A stretch of 64,000 nt of DNA from Chitinophagaceae bacterium (GCA_031360425.1 JANMBO010000108.1:6486-70485), one strand, 5' to 3'. Shown: positions 1 through 11,271, numbered from the stretch's first letter. Notes: generated by a model not told the origin, from the sequence alone. Numbers and translations are program-made.

Positions 1-519
1 CAATTGAAAATCCGTCCCAAACTGATAGTGATGGACACCATGAATTTTTGGATGGAAATTGCTATGCCACAATTAGAAGAAACATTGAAACTCGTAGATG
101 TATTGATGGTGAATGATAGCGAAGCCAGGCAATTAAGCGGTGAGTTTTCGCTGGTAAAGGCAGCGAAGGAAATTATTAAGATGGGACCTAAATACCTTAT
201 CATAAAAAAAGGAGAACACGGAGCGTTATTATTTCATGGAGAAAATGTTTTTTTTGCGCCTGCGCTTCCTTTAGAAGTAGTGTTTGATCCAACGGGGGCT
301 GGTGATACTTTTGCCGGTGGCTTTATTGGTCATATTGCAAAAACAGGCGACATTTCCTTTGCGAATATGAAACGGGGTATTATTGTGGGATCGGCCATGG
401 CTTCTTTTTGTGTAGAGAAGTTTGGCCCGGAGAGATTGAAGGAAGTCAACAAAGCCGATATCGACAGCCGTATTCAGCAGTTTGTGGATCTGGTAAGTTT
501 TGATATTGAGTTAGTTTAA
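1..519 (+). CDS. PfkB-family carbohydrate kinase, C-terminal part (5' end lies outside the window)
   Basis: The reading frame is open from base 1; the ORF-track start at 4 is only an in-frame TTG. It contains the PfkB signature region DPTGAGDTFAGGFIGHI. Confidence 0.8.
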   Translation, partial: QLKIRPKLIVMDTMNFWMEIAMPQLEETLKLVDVLMVNDSEARQLSGEFSLVKAAKEIIKMGPKYLIIKKGEHGALLFHGENVFFAPALPLEVVFDPTGAGDTFAGGFIGHIAKTGDISFANMKRGIIVGSAMASFCVEKFGPERLKEVNKADIDSRIQQFVDLVSFDIELV

Positions 520-631
520 TGAGCAAATTAGGAAATGTGCAGATGTGCAAATGGATTCCATGATATTCTAGAGACTGAATAATGGAAAACAAATCGAAGG
601 AAGAGCATTTGCATATTTTCTCATATACTAA

Positions 632-2353
632 TTATAGCCCTCTCGCTAACGTCACTACATTCTTAAACCGTTTCGTTTTCCCCTGCAGGTTAAATATTTC
701 CGTTAAGATAATATATGTACCGGTAGGTAATCGCTGTTGCTGATCATTCAGCCCATCCCATCGGAATATTCCTGTAGAGGACAGCGTAGCATTTCTTACC
801 AGTGATTTCACTATTCTTCCAGCCACATCAAAAATACTGATGGTTGCCACATAGCCCGGTTCGGTAAGTGTACAATGGATCGTTGCAAAATCATCTACCC
901 CATCATTATCGGGCGAAAATATTTTTGGATAGATGCTTATTTGAGCTTGAACCTGGAGATCGGCCCTGAATTGTGAGTTTGGATAAGAGGGCGTTCCAAA
1001 ACCCACAGTGGACGCCGCAGAGGTCCAATTGGTTTTTTCTTGAGTTGGTTCATTATAATTTATCCGCTCCAGTGCAACACCTTCTTTGTTATCAATAAGA
1101 GGGAAATGCCAGCTCTGTTCATACTTGAGTTCATCGATGACTTTTCCCTGGAAGGTCATAACTGCAATAGTTCCTTTGTCATCCGGCAATGTGGGAAACG
1201 CATTCATTTGAATAACCTGGCTGGTAACTTTCACTGCGTAATTTTGTTGGAGCCATTTAATATTCTCGGTGATCACTATAAACTCTCCCGGGAAACATAA
1301 AAAGGAAGTGGGTATTATTTGGTGGATGGTAGTGATCGCCCCTGTACTGTTTCTATTTGCTGTATACAATTGTTTGCAATCTATAATTTTATTGCTGCGG
1401 TTATAAAATTCCACATAATCGTAACCATCTGTTTTGGGGTTGAAGAGAAGTTCGTTTATTACGATATCCATTAAACCGGCTGCTATTGGTAATCCCACTT
1501 TTGCTGAATTCATAACACCAATTGTATTACCGGCACAATCGCTTATATTATTTATAGTGAGCTGGTAAACTGTTTCCGCTTTCAGCGCTTTATTTAATTG
1601 AAGGTGTACTTCTGTAAATAATGGAGGAAGTGGTGTAGCTGATTGAATACTGCCAACAGTATTATTCAACCGGTAACTAGTACCATTAGAGGCATAGGTA
1701 CTATCCAGCGATTCATCAAATAAAGCAACAATGGTAACACTGTCAATGGTAAAAGTCCGGATTAATGCCGGGAACTGATCATCTCTATTGATTCCGTCAA
1801 TTGAATTTCTGGTTCCGGGGGTACCTCCCTTGTAATTGATGCTGGCTCTCCAGTTGCCGCTGGCGCCACAGGGATTTTTGGGATCGATCATTTCTAAGGT
1901 CCATCCACCTGCTGCTTTAAGATCGTTCTGGTACCAGGCATCTGTATAACTAACGGCGTGAATGATTAGCCCCTCGGGGGAATAAAGAGTAATAATATCT
2001 GCATCATTATTCAAAGAAGGGAATCCACTTACGCCAAGGGTTGTACCGAATACTGAAAATGAATTTACAGCCGCAGCCGGACAAATGATTACGAAGCTAT
2101 CCGGTTGTAACAAATAATTAATATTGATTACTACGGTGCTGTTGCCATCGCTTATTTTCCAATTACGCATTGCAATAGCAACCGTTGTGATATTTTTCAA
2201 TTCAATGAATTCGCTATTAGGCAATCCAACAGATGGAGATGGATCGGCAAACAGCTCAGTAATTACCACATCAAACCGGTTGGGCGCTTGCGAGTTAACC
2301 TGCAAAACAATTGTTAACATAGCAAAGAGCAGAAAGAGTAGATACTTAGACAT
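632..2353 (-). CDS. secreted lamin-tail-domain protein with C-terminal T9SS type-B (gliding-associated CHU_C-like) sorting domain
   Basis: Signal peptide MSKYLLFLLFAMLTIVLQVNSQ. Two LTD-like segments are present (VVITELFADPSP..SEFIELKN and IVINELLFNPKTDGYDYVEFYN). The C-terminus FSPDNDGVDDF..WDGLND..LPTGTYII..VTLAR fits the gliding-motility C-terminal domain pattern. Confidence 0.7.
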   Translation of the reverse strand: MSKYLLFLLFAMLTIVLQVNSQAPNRFDVVITELFADPSPSVGLPNSEFIELKNITTVAIAMRNWKISDGNSTVVININYLLQPDSFVIICPAAAVNSFSVFGTTLGVSGFPSLNNDADIITLYSPEGLIIHAVSYTDAWYQNDLKAAGGWTLEMIDPKNPCGASGNWRASINYKGGTPGTRNSIDGINRDDQFPALIRTFTIDSVTIVALFDESLDSTYASNGTSYRLNNTVGSIQSATPLPPLFTEVHLQLNKALKAETVYQLTINNISDCAGNTIGVMNSAKVGLPIAAGLMDIVINELLFNPKTDGYDYVEFYNRSNKIIDCKQLYTANRNSTGAITTIHQIIPTSFLCFPGEFIVITENIKWLQQNYAVKVTSQVIQMNAFPTLPDDKGTIAVMTFQGKVIDELKYEQSWHFPLIDNKEGVALERINYNEPTQEKTNWTSAASTVGFGTPSYPNSQFRADLQVQAQISIYPKIFSPDNDGVDDFATIHCTLTEPGYVATISIFDVAGRIVKSLVRNATLSSTGIFRWDGLNDQQQRLPTGTYIILTEIFNLQGKTKRFKNVVTLARGL

Positions 2354-2423
2354 GAACGATTGTTAGCAATAAGAAATAAAAAATTTGTTCAGCAATATGG
2401 ACGATATTATTTTTGCGCCAGTT

Positions 2424-2545
2424 ATGATAATAATGAAACATACCAAACGCACAAAGAAACACTCCTGATGGAAGGTTTGCAGCGTTCTGTATGTTACCAT
2501 ATAAAAGCTTGACAGACCTTCCTCAACAGGAAGGTCTTTTTTTTG
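2424..2545 (+). promoter_or_regulatory. candidate leader-peptide attenuator upstream of asd (mini-ORF MIIMKHTKRTKKHS, antiterminator, terminator)
   Basis: A 14-codon ORF spans 2424..2468. GGAAGGTTTG (2470-2479) can pair with CAGACCTTCC (2513-2522), which is the 5' arm of the terminator at 2514-2544. No plus-strand gene lies upstream that this terminator could serve. Confidence 0.45.
2514..2544 (+). terminator. intrinsic terminator hairpin
   Basis: A 9-bp stem AGACCTTCC/GGAAGGTCT with loop tcaaca, followed directly by a run of 8 T. Confidence 0.8.
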
Positions 2546-2586
2546 CCACTGTCCTGCAAGGGGAAAAAAGCAGGAAATTGGTTTTT

Positions 2587-2608
2587 ATAACCGGTTTATA
2601 ACCGGTTT
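2587..2608. promoter_or_regulatory. tandem 11-bp repeat ATAACCGGTTT x2, each containing the palindrome AACCGGTT; possible transcription-factor site in the asd upstream region
   Basis: Perfect direct repeat read from the sequence. The palindromes are spaced 11 bp apart, about one helical turn. Confidence 0.3.
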
Positions 2609-2739
2609 TCCACAAAAAAGGCATCAAGCCCGCAAAGAATTTTACTTTGTGTTTTGTTGTCTTGGTGGAAAAGGAATTCAAGCTTTATTCTTAATCATTT
2701 AAAAAGTCTTCCACTTGTTTGGAAGAACAGGAGGGTACC

Positions 2740-3747
2740 ATGAAAGTTGCAGTTGTAGGAGCCACCGGATTAGTAGGCACAAAAATGTTACAGGTATTAG
2801 CAGAACGGAATTTTCCCGTTACCGAATTAATTCCCGTTGCCTCAGAAAGATCGGTCGGAAAAGAAATTGAATTTAAAGGGAGGAAATATAAAGTGGTAAG
2901 TATGATGGATGCTATTGCCGCTAAACCGGCCGTGGCATTATTTTCCGCAGGCGGTGGTACATCACTGGAGTGGGCCCCTAAGTTTGCCAAAGCGGGAATA
3001 ACAGTAATTGATAATTCCTCAGCCTGGCGCATGGATCCTGCCAAAAAACTAATTGTACCGGAAATAAATGCAGATGCATTAACTAAAGAAGATAAAATAA
3101 TTGCCAATCCCAACTGTTCTACCATTCAAATGGTGGTGGCATTGAATCCGCTGCACAAAAAATATGTAAGCAGGCGAATTGTAGTGAGCACTTATCAAAG
3201 TGTAACGGGTACCGGGGTAAAAGCCGTAGATCAATTAAACGGGGAACGGGAAAAAGCGATTAAAGGGAATGGGGCCGAATATCCTATGGCCTATAAATAT
3301 CCCATCGACCTGAATGTAATTCCGCAGATTGATGTGTTTTTAGATAATGGCTATACCAAAGAAGAGATGAAGATGGTACATGAAACAAAGAAAATTATGC
3401 GCGATGATTCCATCCGGGTTACAGCCACTACGGTTCGTATTCCGGTAATGGGCGGGCACAGCGAAAGCGTAAATATTGAATTTGAAAAGGAGTTTGATTT
3501 GAGTGAAGTGAAGGCGTTGTTGCAGGCGGCTCCCGGCGTAGTAGTGGTGGATGAACCAGGTGCACAAAAATATCCGATGCCAAAAGATGCACATGAAAAA
3601 GACGATGTATTTGTTGGAAGATTGCGACGGGATGAAACGCAACCAAAGACACTTAATATGTGGGTAGTTTCTGACAACCTCCGGAAAGGAGCTGCTACCA
3701 ATGCCGTGCAGATTGCGGAATATCTTGTTGAAAAAGGATTGTTGTAA
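2740..3747 (+). CDS. asd: aspartate-semialdehyde dehydrogenase
   Basis: MKVAVVGATGLVGTKMLQVLAERNFP N-terminus, NPNCSTIQMV active-site Cys region, and typical length of about 335 aa. The start is placed at the ATG at 2740, preceded by GGAGGG; the ORF-track start at 2719 is less likely. Confidence 0.93.
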   Translation: MKVAVVGATGLVGTKMLQVLAERNFPVTELIPVASERSVGKEIEFKGRKYKVVSMMDAIAAKPAVALFSAGGGTSLEWAPKFAKAGITVIDNSSAWRMDPAKKLIVPEINADALTKEDKIIANPNCSTIQMVVALNPLHKKYVSRRIVVSTYQSVTGTGVKAVDQLNGEREKAIKGNGAEYPMAYKYPIDLNVIPQIDVFLDNGYTKEEMKMVHETKKIMRDDSIRVTATTVRIPVMGGHSESVNIEFEKEFDLSEVKALLQAAPGVVVVDEPGAQKYPMPKDAHEKDDVFVGRLRRDETQPKTLNMWVVSDNLRKGAATNAVQIAEYLVEKGLL

Positions 3748-3893
3748 AACTAATGTCCAAATGTACGATGACTAATGTGCAAATGGATAATTGGCGAATG
3801 TGCGAATTATTGAATGTTCGAAATCGTTTCAATAACTATGAAGTTTTTTGTCGGAAATCTTGACACTAAAAAATTCGCACATCCGCACATTGG

Positions 3894-4562
3894 TTAATTC
3901 TCCACGGCTTCATTTAAAAAATTCAATACAGGTTGCAGAGTTTGAAAGGCATCAATGGTTTTTTTCACCAATGTTTTTGAAGTAAGGTCGGTATCTGTCA
4001 ACGGTACAAAGGCAATAAAACTTTTCAGCCGTAAGTATTCGGCTGCCGGGTTTTCAGCGTTATATCCTTTAGGAACCCGACTTAATAGATATTCTTCACT
4101 TCTATCCAGTCCACCATAAACAGCTTTAAACTTCTTAGAGCCGGTAATTTTTTTAAAGGCATCCCAGTTATAATCTATTTCCTGCCGAACTTTACGCAAA
4201 TCGTCGGGCAAGGGCATATACATTCCCCCACCGGCGAAGGATTGTCCGGGTTCTAAATGAAAATAGTATCCGGCCACCATGGCTTTCTTTCCTCCCTTAT
4301 TTATACTGGCACCAAAATTTGTTTTATAGGGTGATTTGTCTTTGGCAAAGCGTATATCCCTGTTGATACGAAACATACATTCTTTGGCTTTCAAAGAAAC
4401 AATTGATTTATCGGCGCTGCCCTGTTTATCTATCAGCAATTGTACGAATTGGGTAAAATTCTCTTTCGCGGTCTCGTATTGTTTGCGATGCACATCGAAC
4501 CAGGATTTATTGTTGTTCTTTTTGAGATCTTTTAAAAATTTAATAGTAGAATCCTGCAGCAT
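3894..4562 (-). CDS. DUF2461 (TIGR02453) family protein
   Basis: FLKDLKKNNNKSWFDVHRKQYE N-terminus plus RINRDIRFAKDKSPYKT and YYFHLEPG motifs typical of this family. Confidence 0.75.
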   Translation of the reverse strand: MLQDSTIKFLKDLKKNNNKSWFDVHRKQYETAKENFTQFVQLLIDKQGSADKSIVSLKAKECMFRINRDIRFAKDKSPYKTNFGASINKGGKKAMVAGYYFHLEPGQSFAGGGMYMPLPDDLRKVRQEIDYNWDAFKKITGSKKFKAVYGGLDRSEEYLLSRVPKGYNAENPAAEYLRLKSFIAFVPLTDTDLTSKTLVKKTIDAFQTLQPVLNFLNEAVEN

Positions 4563-4621
4563 ATAGGTGATTTATGGAAATAAAGTTAAGCCAGTTGATT
4601 AACAGTGCGGGGATGGTTGAA

Positions 4622-4663
4622 TAAAAAAAAGAACCAACCATGTTCGCGTGCATGGTTGGTTCT
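4622..4663 (-). terminator. intrinsic terminator after the HNH gene
   Basis: Perfect 13-bp stem AGAACCAACCATG/CATGGTTGGTTCT (4630-4642 / 4651-4663). It is followed on the minus strand by a T8 run (plus-strand A-run 4623-4630). Confidence 0.85.
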
Positions 4664-4680
4664 GCTTACATATACCCGTG

Positions 4681-5247
4681 TCAGGATTTTACCCGACCCC
4701 AGTTTTCACCACTTTTAATGCGGTACATGGTCATTTCGCTGACGCCATATTTTTCCGACAATTTCTTAATGGTGATCTTCCGGTTTTTGTCGTTCAATAC
4801 TTTCTTAATGCTCTTAACCTGGTTGGCATTGAGTTTAAGTCCAACAGTACGGTTCGCCTGGACAATTTTGTAAGCGATTTTTGCAGGACTGTGTTGCTGG
4901 TGCTTGATCATTTCTTCCAGTGTGGCCCATTTTAGATTCTTCACCCCATTATCCAGTTTGTTGTGATTAACATGAATCACATACTTGTGTTTAGGTGATT
5001 TTTTCTGGAGAAACAATCTTGCCAATTCGCGGTGAATGTACAGGGTGCCGTTGTTTCCGGGCCTGTGCAGGTTGAGGGTTCTGTAGCCGGTTGTAAGAGA
5101 CCCTTCTAATAATTTACCGTCGGCCGTTACCTCGCTGTAATAACTGGCAATACGGCCACGTGATGACAATGCGTACTTTTTTCGGAGGTGTTTCCAGCCA
5201 GGAAATTGTAAAGGTTTCCAAACCTCTCCGGTGATTTTTTTTACCAT
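4681..5247 (-). CDS. NUMOD4 / HNH_3 homing-endonuclease-like protein with C-terminal helix-turn-helix
   Basis: GEVWKPL..YALSSRGRIAS (NUMOD4-like), YIHRELARLF..HVNHNKLDNGVKNLKWAT (phage-type HNH_3 motif) and a C-terminal KITIKKLSEKYGVSEMTMYRIKSGENW HTH. Confidence 0.75.
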   Translation of the reverse strand: MVKKITGEVWKPLQFPGWKHLRKKYALSSRGRIASYYSEVTADGKLLEGSLTTGYRTLNLHRPGNNGTLYIHRELARLFLQKKSPKHKYVIHVNHNKLDNGVKNLKWATLEEMIKHQQHSPAKIAYKIVQANRTVGLKLNANQVKSIKKVLNDKNRKITIKKLSEKYGVSEMTMYRIKSGENWGRVKS

Positions 5248-5313
5248 CGCTTTTCCATTTTTATAAAGTTACATAAAAGAAAAACGATTTAGCGCAAACG
5301 ATTTCAAAAGTTA

Positions 5314-7455
<2,142 letters not shown>

Positions 7456-7578
7456 TTATCCTTAAATTTTTTAGGGCGAATAATGCTGTTGATCAAATCA
7501 GGGGAAGAAATCATTGCGGCTATCAGTAGAAAAGAAAATTTTTGTTTTAATTGCGGGCTTAATGAAATTGAACTATTT

Positions 7579-10500
7579 ATGCGTAAATTCATCTTCAAAT
7601 CACTTCCTATGATAAAGACAGTTTACTTGGTTCTGTTGGGTATTGTGTTTGGTAGTACTTCTTTTGCCCAATTGCTCATTACGGCTCCTGCTTTTCCAAA
7701 AGACACATCTGGCATTTCCATAACCGTTGATTGCGCCAAGGGGAACCAGGGATTATTCAACTATTCGAATACAAGCGATGTATATGTTCATGTGGGAGTT
7801 ATTACCAACCTTAGCAGTGGTGCTTCCGATTGGAAGTATTCAAAGTTTGCCTGGGGATCTACGGACGGAGCTGCCAGGGCTACCTCAGTGGGTAATAATA
7901 AATATCAATACGTTATTAATAATATACGCAGTTTTTTTGGCGTACCATTATCGGAAACGATTCTAAAAATATCCATTCTTTTCCGCAATGGAACCGGAAG
8001 TACGGTACAACGAAATGCTGATGCGAGTGATATGTATATTCCTATATACGGTACTGATCTGGCTGGTAAATTTATACTTCCTCTCATAGAGCCTAAGTAT
8101 ATTCCTACTCCGGAGCCTATTACAAAAAGCATTGGCGATACTATTCGCATTACCTGGTTCAGCAATCACACAGCCGATCTGAAGACATTTTTTAATGGAA
8201 CTCAAACCAATGCAGTATCTTCTTCCAACGCCATACTGGATTCAGTTGTTATTAGTGCAACAGGTAACCAGCAGGTAGTAGCCAGGGGTACTGAAGGAGT
8301 CATCACTATTTCAGACACTATTAATTTTTTTGTTGCCCCGCTAGCAAATATTTTACCGCTACCGGCGGGAACCAGGGACGGTATTAATTATGAACCGGGA
8401 GATACTTCTGCCATCCTTGTTTTATATGCTCCCAACAAGGCGAGGGTTTCAATACTTGGAGACTTTAATAACTGGCTGGAGAATACAAATTACCAAATGA
8501 ATAAAACTCCCGATGGCCTCCGGCATTGGATAAGAATTATAGGGCTTGTTCCGGGAACAGAATATGCCTATCAGTATGTTGTTAATGGAAACCTGAAAAT
8601 AGCGGACCCATATACTACTAAGGTGTTGGATCCAAGCAACGATCCTTTTATCAGTTCAATTACCTATCCTAACCTAAAAGCCTATCCCAACGGAAAAGCC
8701 ACTGGCATTGTTAGTGTATTGCAAACAGCAAAGCCTGCTTATACCTGGCAGGTTACCAATTTCAGCCGGCCTGATAAAAGAAGCCTTATTATTTACGAAT
8801 TATTACTCAGAGATTTTGTTGATAAGCACGATTGGAAAACCCTGAAGGATACTCTTTCCTATCTAAAAAATCTTGGCGTCAATGCAATTGAATTGATGCC
8901 CATTAATGAGTTTGAAGGAAATATTAGCTGGGGGTATAACCCATCTTTTTATTTTGCCCCCGATAAATATTACGGGCGGGATAGCAGTTTAAAAGCATTT
9001 ATTGATGAGTCCCACAAACAGGGTATTGCTGTTATCATGGACATTGCATTAAATCATTCCTTTGGCCAGTCGCCCATGGTACAATTGTATTTTGATGCAG
9101 CCAATAACCGGCCGGCGGCAGACAACCCCTGGTTCAATCCGGCGGCAAGACATGCCTTTAATGTAGGGTATGATATGAATCACGAATCTCCGGCTACCCA
9201 ATATTTTGTTAGTCGTGTGGTTGAGCATTGGCTAACCGAATACCACATCGATGGATTCCGCTTTGATCTTTCGAAAGGATTTACTCAAACCAGTACCTGC
9301 GATGCTAATGGAAATAATTGTAATGTAAATGCATGGAGCGGGTACGATGCATCGCGGGTGGCGATCTGGAAAAAATATTATGATACGCTGCAATTGAAAT
9401 CTGCCGGTAGTTATGTTATACTGGAACATTTTGCTGCTAATACGGAAGAAAAAGAATTGTCCGACTATGGTATGCTGTTATGGGGGAATATGAATTATAA
9501 TTTTAATGAGGCGACAATGGGGTTTGTAACCAATTCAAACTTTGATGGGGCATTACATACCAGCCGGGGTTGGGGTAATCCACATTTGATTGCCTATATG
9601 GAAAGTCATGATGAAGAAAGGTTGATGTATAAGAATATAAAATTTGGAAATTCATCAGGTAGTTATAACGTAAAGGATATAAATATTGGGTTACGTAGAA
9701 ATGAAATGGCTGCTTCCTTTCTTTTTATGATGCCCGGTCCTAAAATGATCTGGCAATTTGGAGAAACCGGGTACGATTATTCAATTAATAACTGCGCTAA
9801 CGGAACAGTGAGTAGTAATTGCCGCACCGATCCAAAGCCGATCCGCTGGGATTATTTACAGGAACCGAATCGAAAACTGCTGGAAGATGTAACTGCGGGG
9901 TTGTTGAAACTACGGGCACACCCGCTTTTCAAAAATGGATTTGTTACAGACCGGGTTGAAAAGAGTTTGAGCGGGGCATTCAAATGGTTGAAATTAACGA
10001 CTGATACTTCGAATGTCTTAGTTGTCGGAAATTTTGATGTTACTGCCACCACGGGTTCTGTTACTTTTCAAAATGCGGGTACCTGGTATGATTATTTTGG
10101 TGGTAATACCATAACTGCTTCCGGCGTTGCCCAAACAATTTCTTTGCAACCTGGCGAATACCATGTTTATGTAAACAGGAACGTTACCAATATTGTTTCT
10201 CCCGTTACCGATATTATCTATAACGGGAAACGCATCCGCTTAAGCGTTTATCCTAATCCAGTTCGTCACCAGGCCACTATTGAATATGAATTACCTGAAA
10301 CCGGGAAAGTGGATTTACGATTGGTTAATATCAGCGGGCAGCAGGTAGCAAATATATATGCGGGTTTTAAGGTTAAAGGAATTTACCGACTTTCATTAAA
10401 CCAGTTACAGGGCCTGTATAAATTACCAGCGGGTACCTATTTCCTGCAACTGGAGTTTGGGCAGCGTAAACTGGTTCAAAAACTGGTGCTGGATTTTTAG
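7579..10500 (+). CDS. secreted GH13 alpha-amylase-family glycoside hydrolase with T9SS (Por_Secre_tail) C-terminal sorting domain
   Basis: GH13 regions VIMDIALNHS, DGFRFDLSKGF, ILEHFA and YMESHDEERL. The C-terminus LSVYPNPVRHQATIEYELPETGKVDLRLVNISGQ is T9SS CTD-like. The start is set at MRKFIFKSLPMIKTVYLVLLG (signal peptide); the ORF-track start at 7438 is probably too far upstream. Confidence 0.85.
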   Translation: MRKFIFKSLPMIKTVYLVLLGIVFGSTSFAQLLITAPAFPKDTSGISITVDCAKGNQGLFNYSNTSDVYVHVGVITNLSSGASDWKYSKFAWGSTDGAARATSVGNNKYQYVINNIRSFFGVPLSETILKISILFRNGTGSTVQRNADASDMYIPIYGTDLAGKFILPLIEPKYIPTPEPITKSIGDTIRITWFSNHTADLKTFFNGTQTNAVSSSNAILDSVVISATGNQQVVARGTEGVITISDTINFFVAPLANILPLPAGTRDGINYEPGDTSAILVLYAPNKARVSILGDFNNWLENTNYQMNKTPDGLRHWIRIIGLVPGTEYAYQYVVNGNLKIADPYTTKVLDPSNDPFISSITYPNLKAYPNGKATGIVSVLQTAKPAYTWQVTNFSRPDKRSLIIYELLLRDFVDKHDWKTLKDTLSYLKNLGVNAIELMPINEFEGNISWGYNPSFYFAPDKYYGRDSSLKAFIDESHKQGIAVIMDIALNHSFGQSPMVQLYFDAANNRPAADNPWFNPAARHAFNVGYDMNHESPATQYFVSRVVEHWLTEYHIDGFRFDLSKGFTQTSTCDANGNNCNVNAWSGYDASRVAIWKKYYDTLQLKSAGSYVILEHFAANTEEKELSDYGMLLWGNMNYNFNEATMGFVTNSNFDGALHTSRGWGNPHLIAYMESHDEERLMYKNIKFGNSSGSYNVKDINIGLRRNEMAASFLFMMPGPKMIWQFGETGYDYSINNCANGTVSSNCRTDPKPIRWDYLQEPNRKLLEDVTAGLLKLRAHPLFKNGFVTDRVEKSLSGAFKWLKLTTDTSNVLVVGNFDVTATTGSVTFQNAGTWYDYFGGNTITASGVAQTISLQPGEYHVYVNRNVTNIVSPVTDIIYNGKRIRLSVYPNPVRHQATIEYELPETGKVDLRLVNISGQQVANIYAGFKVKGIYRLSLNQLQGLYKLPAGTYFLQLEFGQRKLVQKLVLDF

Positions 10501-10528
10501 AAGTCATAAACTATATTTGACGCTATTT

Positions 10529-11254
10529 ATGACAACCGAACCCCAAAAAACGGTAAAGCGACTTAAGTCTGAAAACAAATCCTACTTCCAGATTGCCATA
10601 TCGGTGGACTGTGTAATTTTTGGTTTTGAAAATGGAGAGCTGAAAGTATTATTGATCCGTTCGGACCTGGAAGAATTTAAAGATAAATGGACATTGCTGG
10701 GTGACCTGGTGAATCCTAACGAAGATTTGAATACGGCATCCTATCGAGTATTAAAAGAAAGAACTGGTTTAGATGATGTGTTCCTTGAGCAGGTGTATAC
10801 ATTTGGAGATGTAAATCGTCACCCCGCCGGTCGTGTTATTACTACTGCTTATTATTCGCTGGTAAATATAAAAGACCACCAATTGAAGCTGCCTCACCAT
10901 CAACTTCACTGGCACCCGGTAAAAGAAACAGCCAGCCTGGCCTTCGACCATAAAAAAATACTAAACACCTGTATTGCCCGGTTGCAAAACTCCATAATGG
11001 AATACCCTATCGTATTTAACCTGTTGCCTGATAAGTTTTCACTACGTGAACTGCAAAGCCTGTATGAAGCAATTCTCGATACTAAACTTGATCGCAGAAA
11101 TTTCCGAAAGAAGTTTTTTCTGATGGAATGGTTGATCGATTTAAATGAATTTGAACAGGATGTGCCTCACCGACCAGGTAAATTATACCAGTTCAATACG
11201 CAAAGTTTTTCTAACGGTAAGGAGAAACGGGTAGTAGTGGCAGGCAAAGTATGA
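10529..11254 (+). CDS. Nudix-domain protein with C-terminal winged-helix region (NrtR-like transcriptional regulator)
   Basis: Nudix fold region WTLLGDLVNPNEDLNTASYRVLKERTGL, followed by a DNA-binding-like region of about 90 aa (LRELQSLYEAIL..LDRRNFRKK). The start is set at MTTEPQ. Confidence 0.65.
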   Translation: MTTEPQKTVKRLKSENKSYFQIAISVDCVIFGFENGELKVLLIRSDLEEFKDKWTLLGDLVNPNEDLNTASYRVLKERTGLDDVFLEQVYTFGDVNRHPAGRVITTAYYSLVNIKDHQLKLPHHQLHWHPVKETASLAFDHKKILNTCIARLQNSIMEYPIVFNLLPDKFSLRELQSLYEAILDTKLDRRNFRKKFFLMEWLIDLNEFEQDVPHRPGKLYQFNTQSFSNGKEKRVVVAGKV

Positions 11255-11271
11255 ATCCATTTCCCCCTTTT

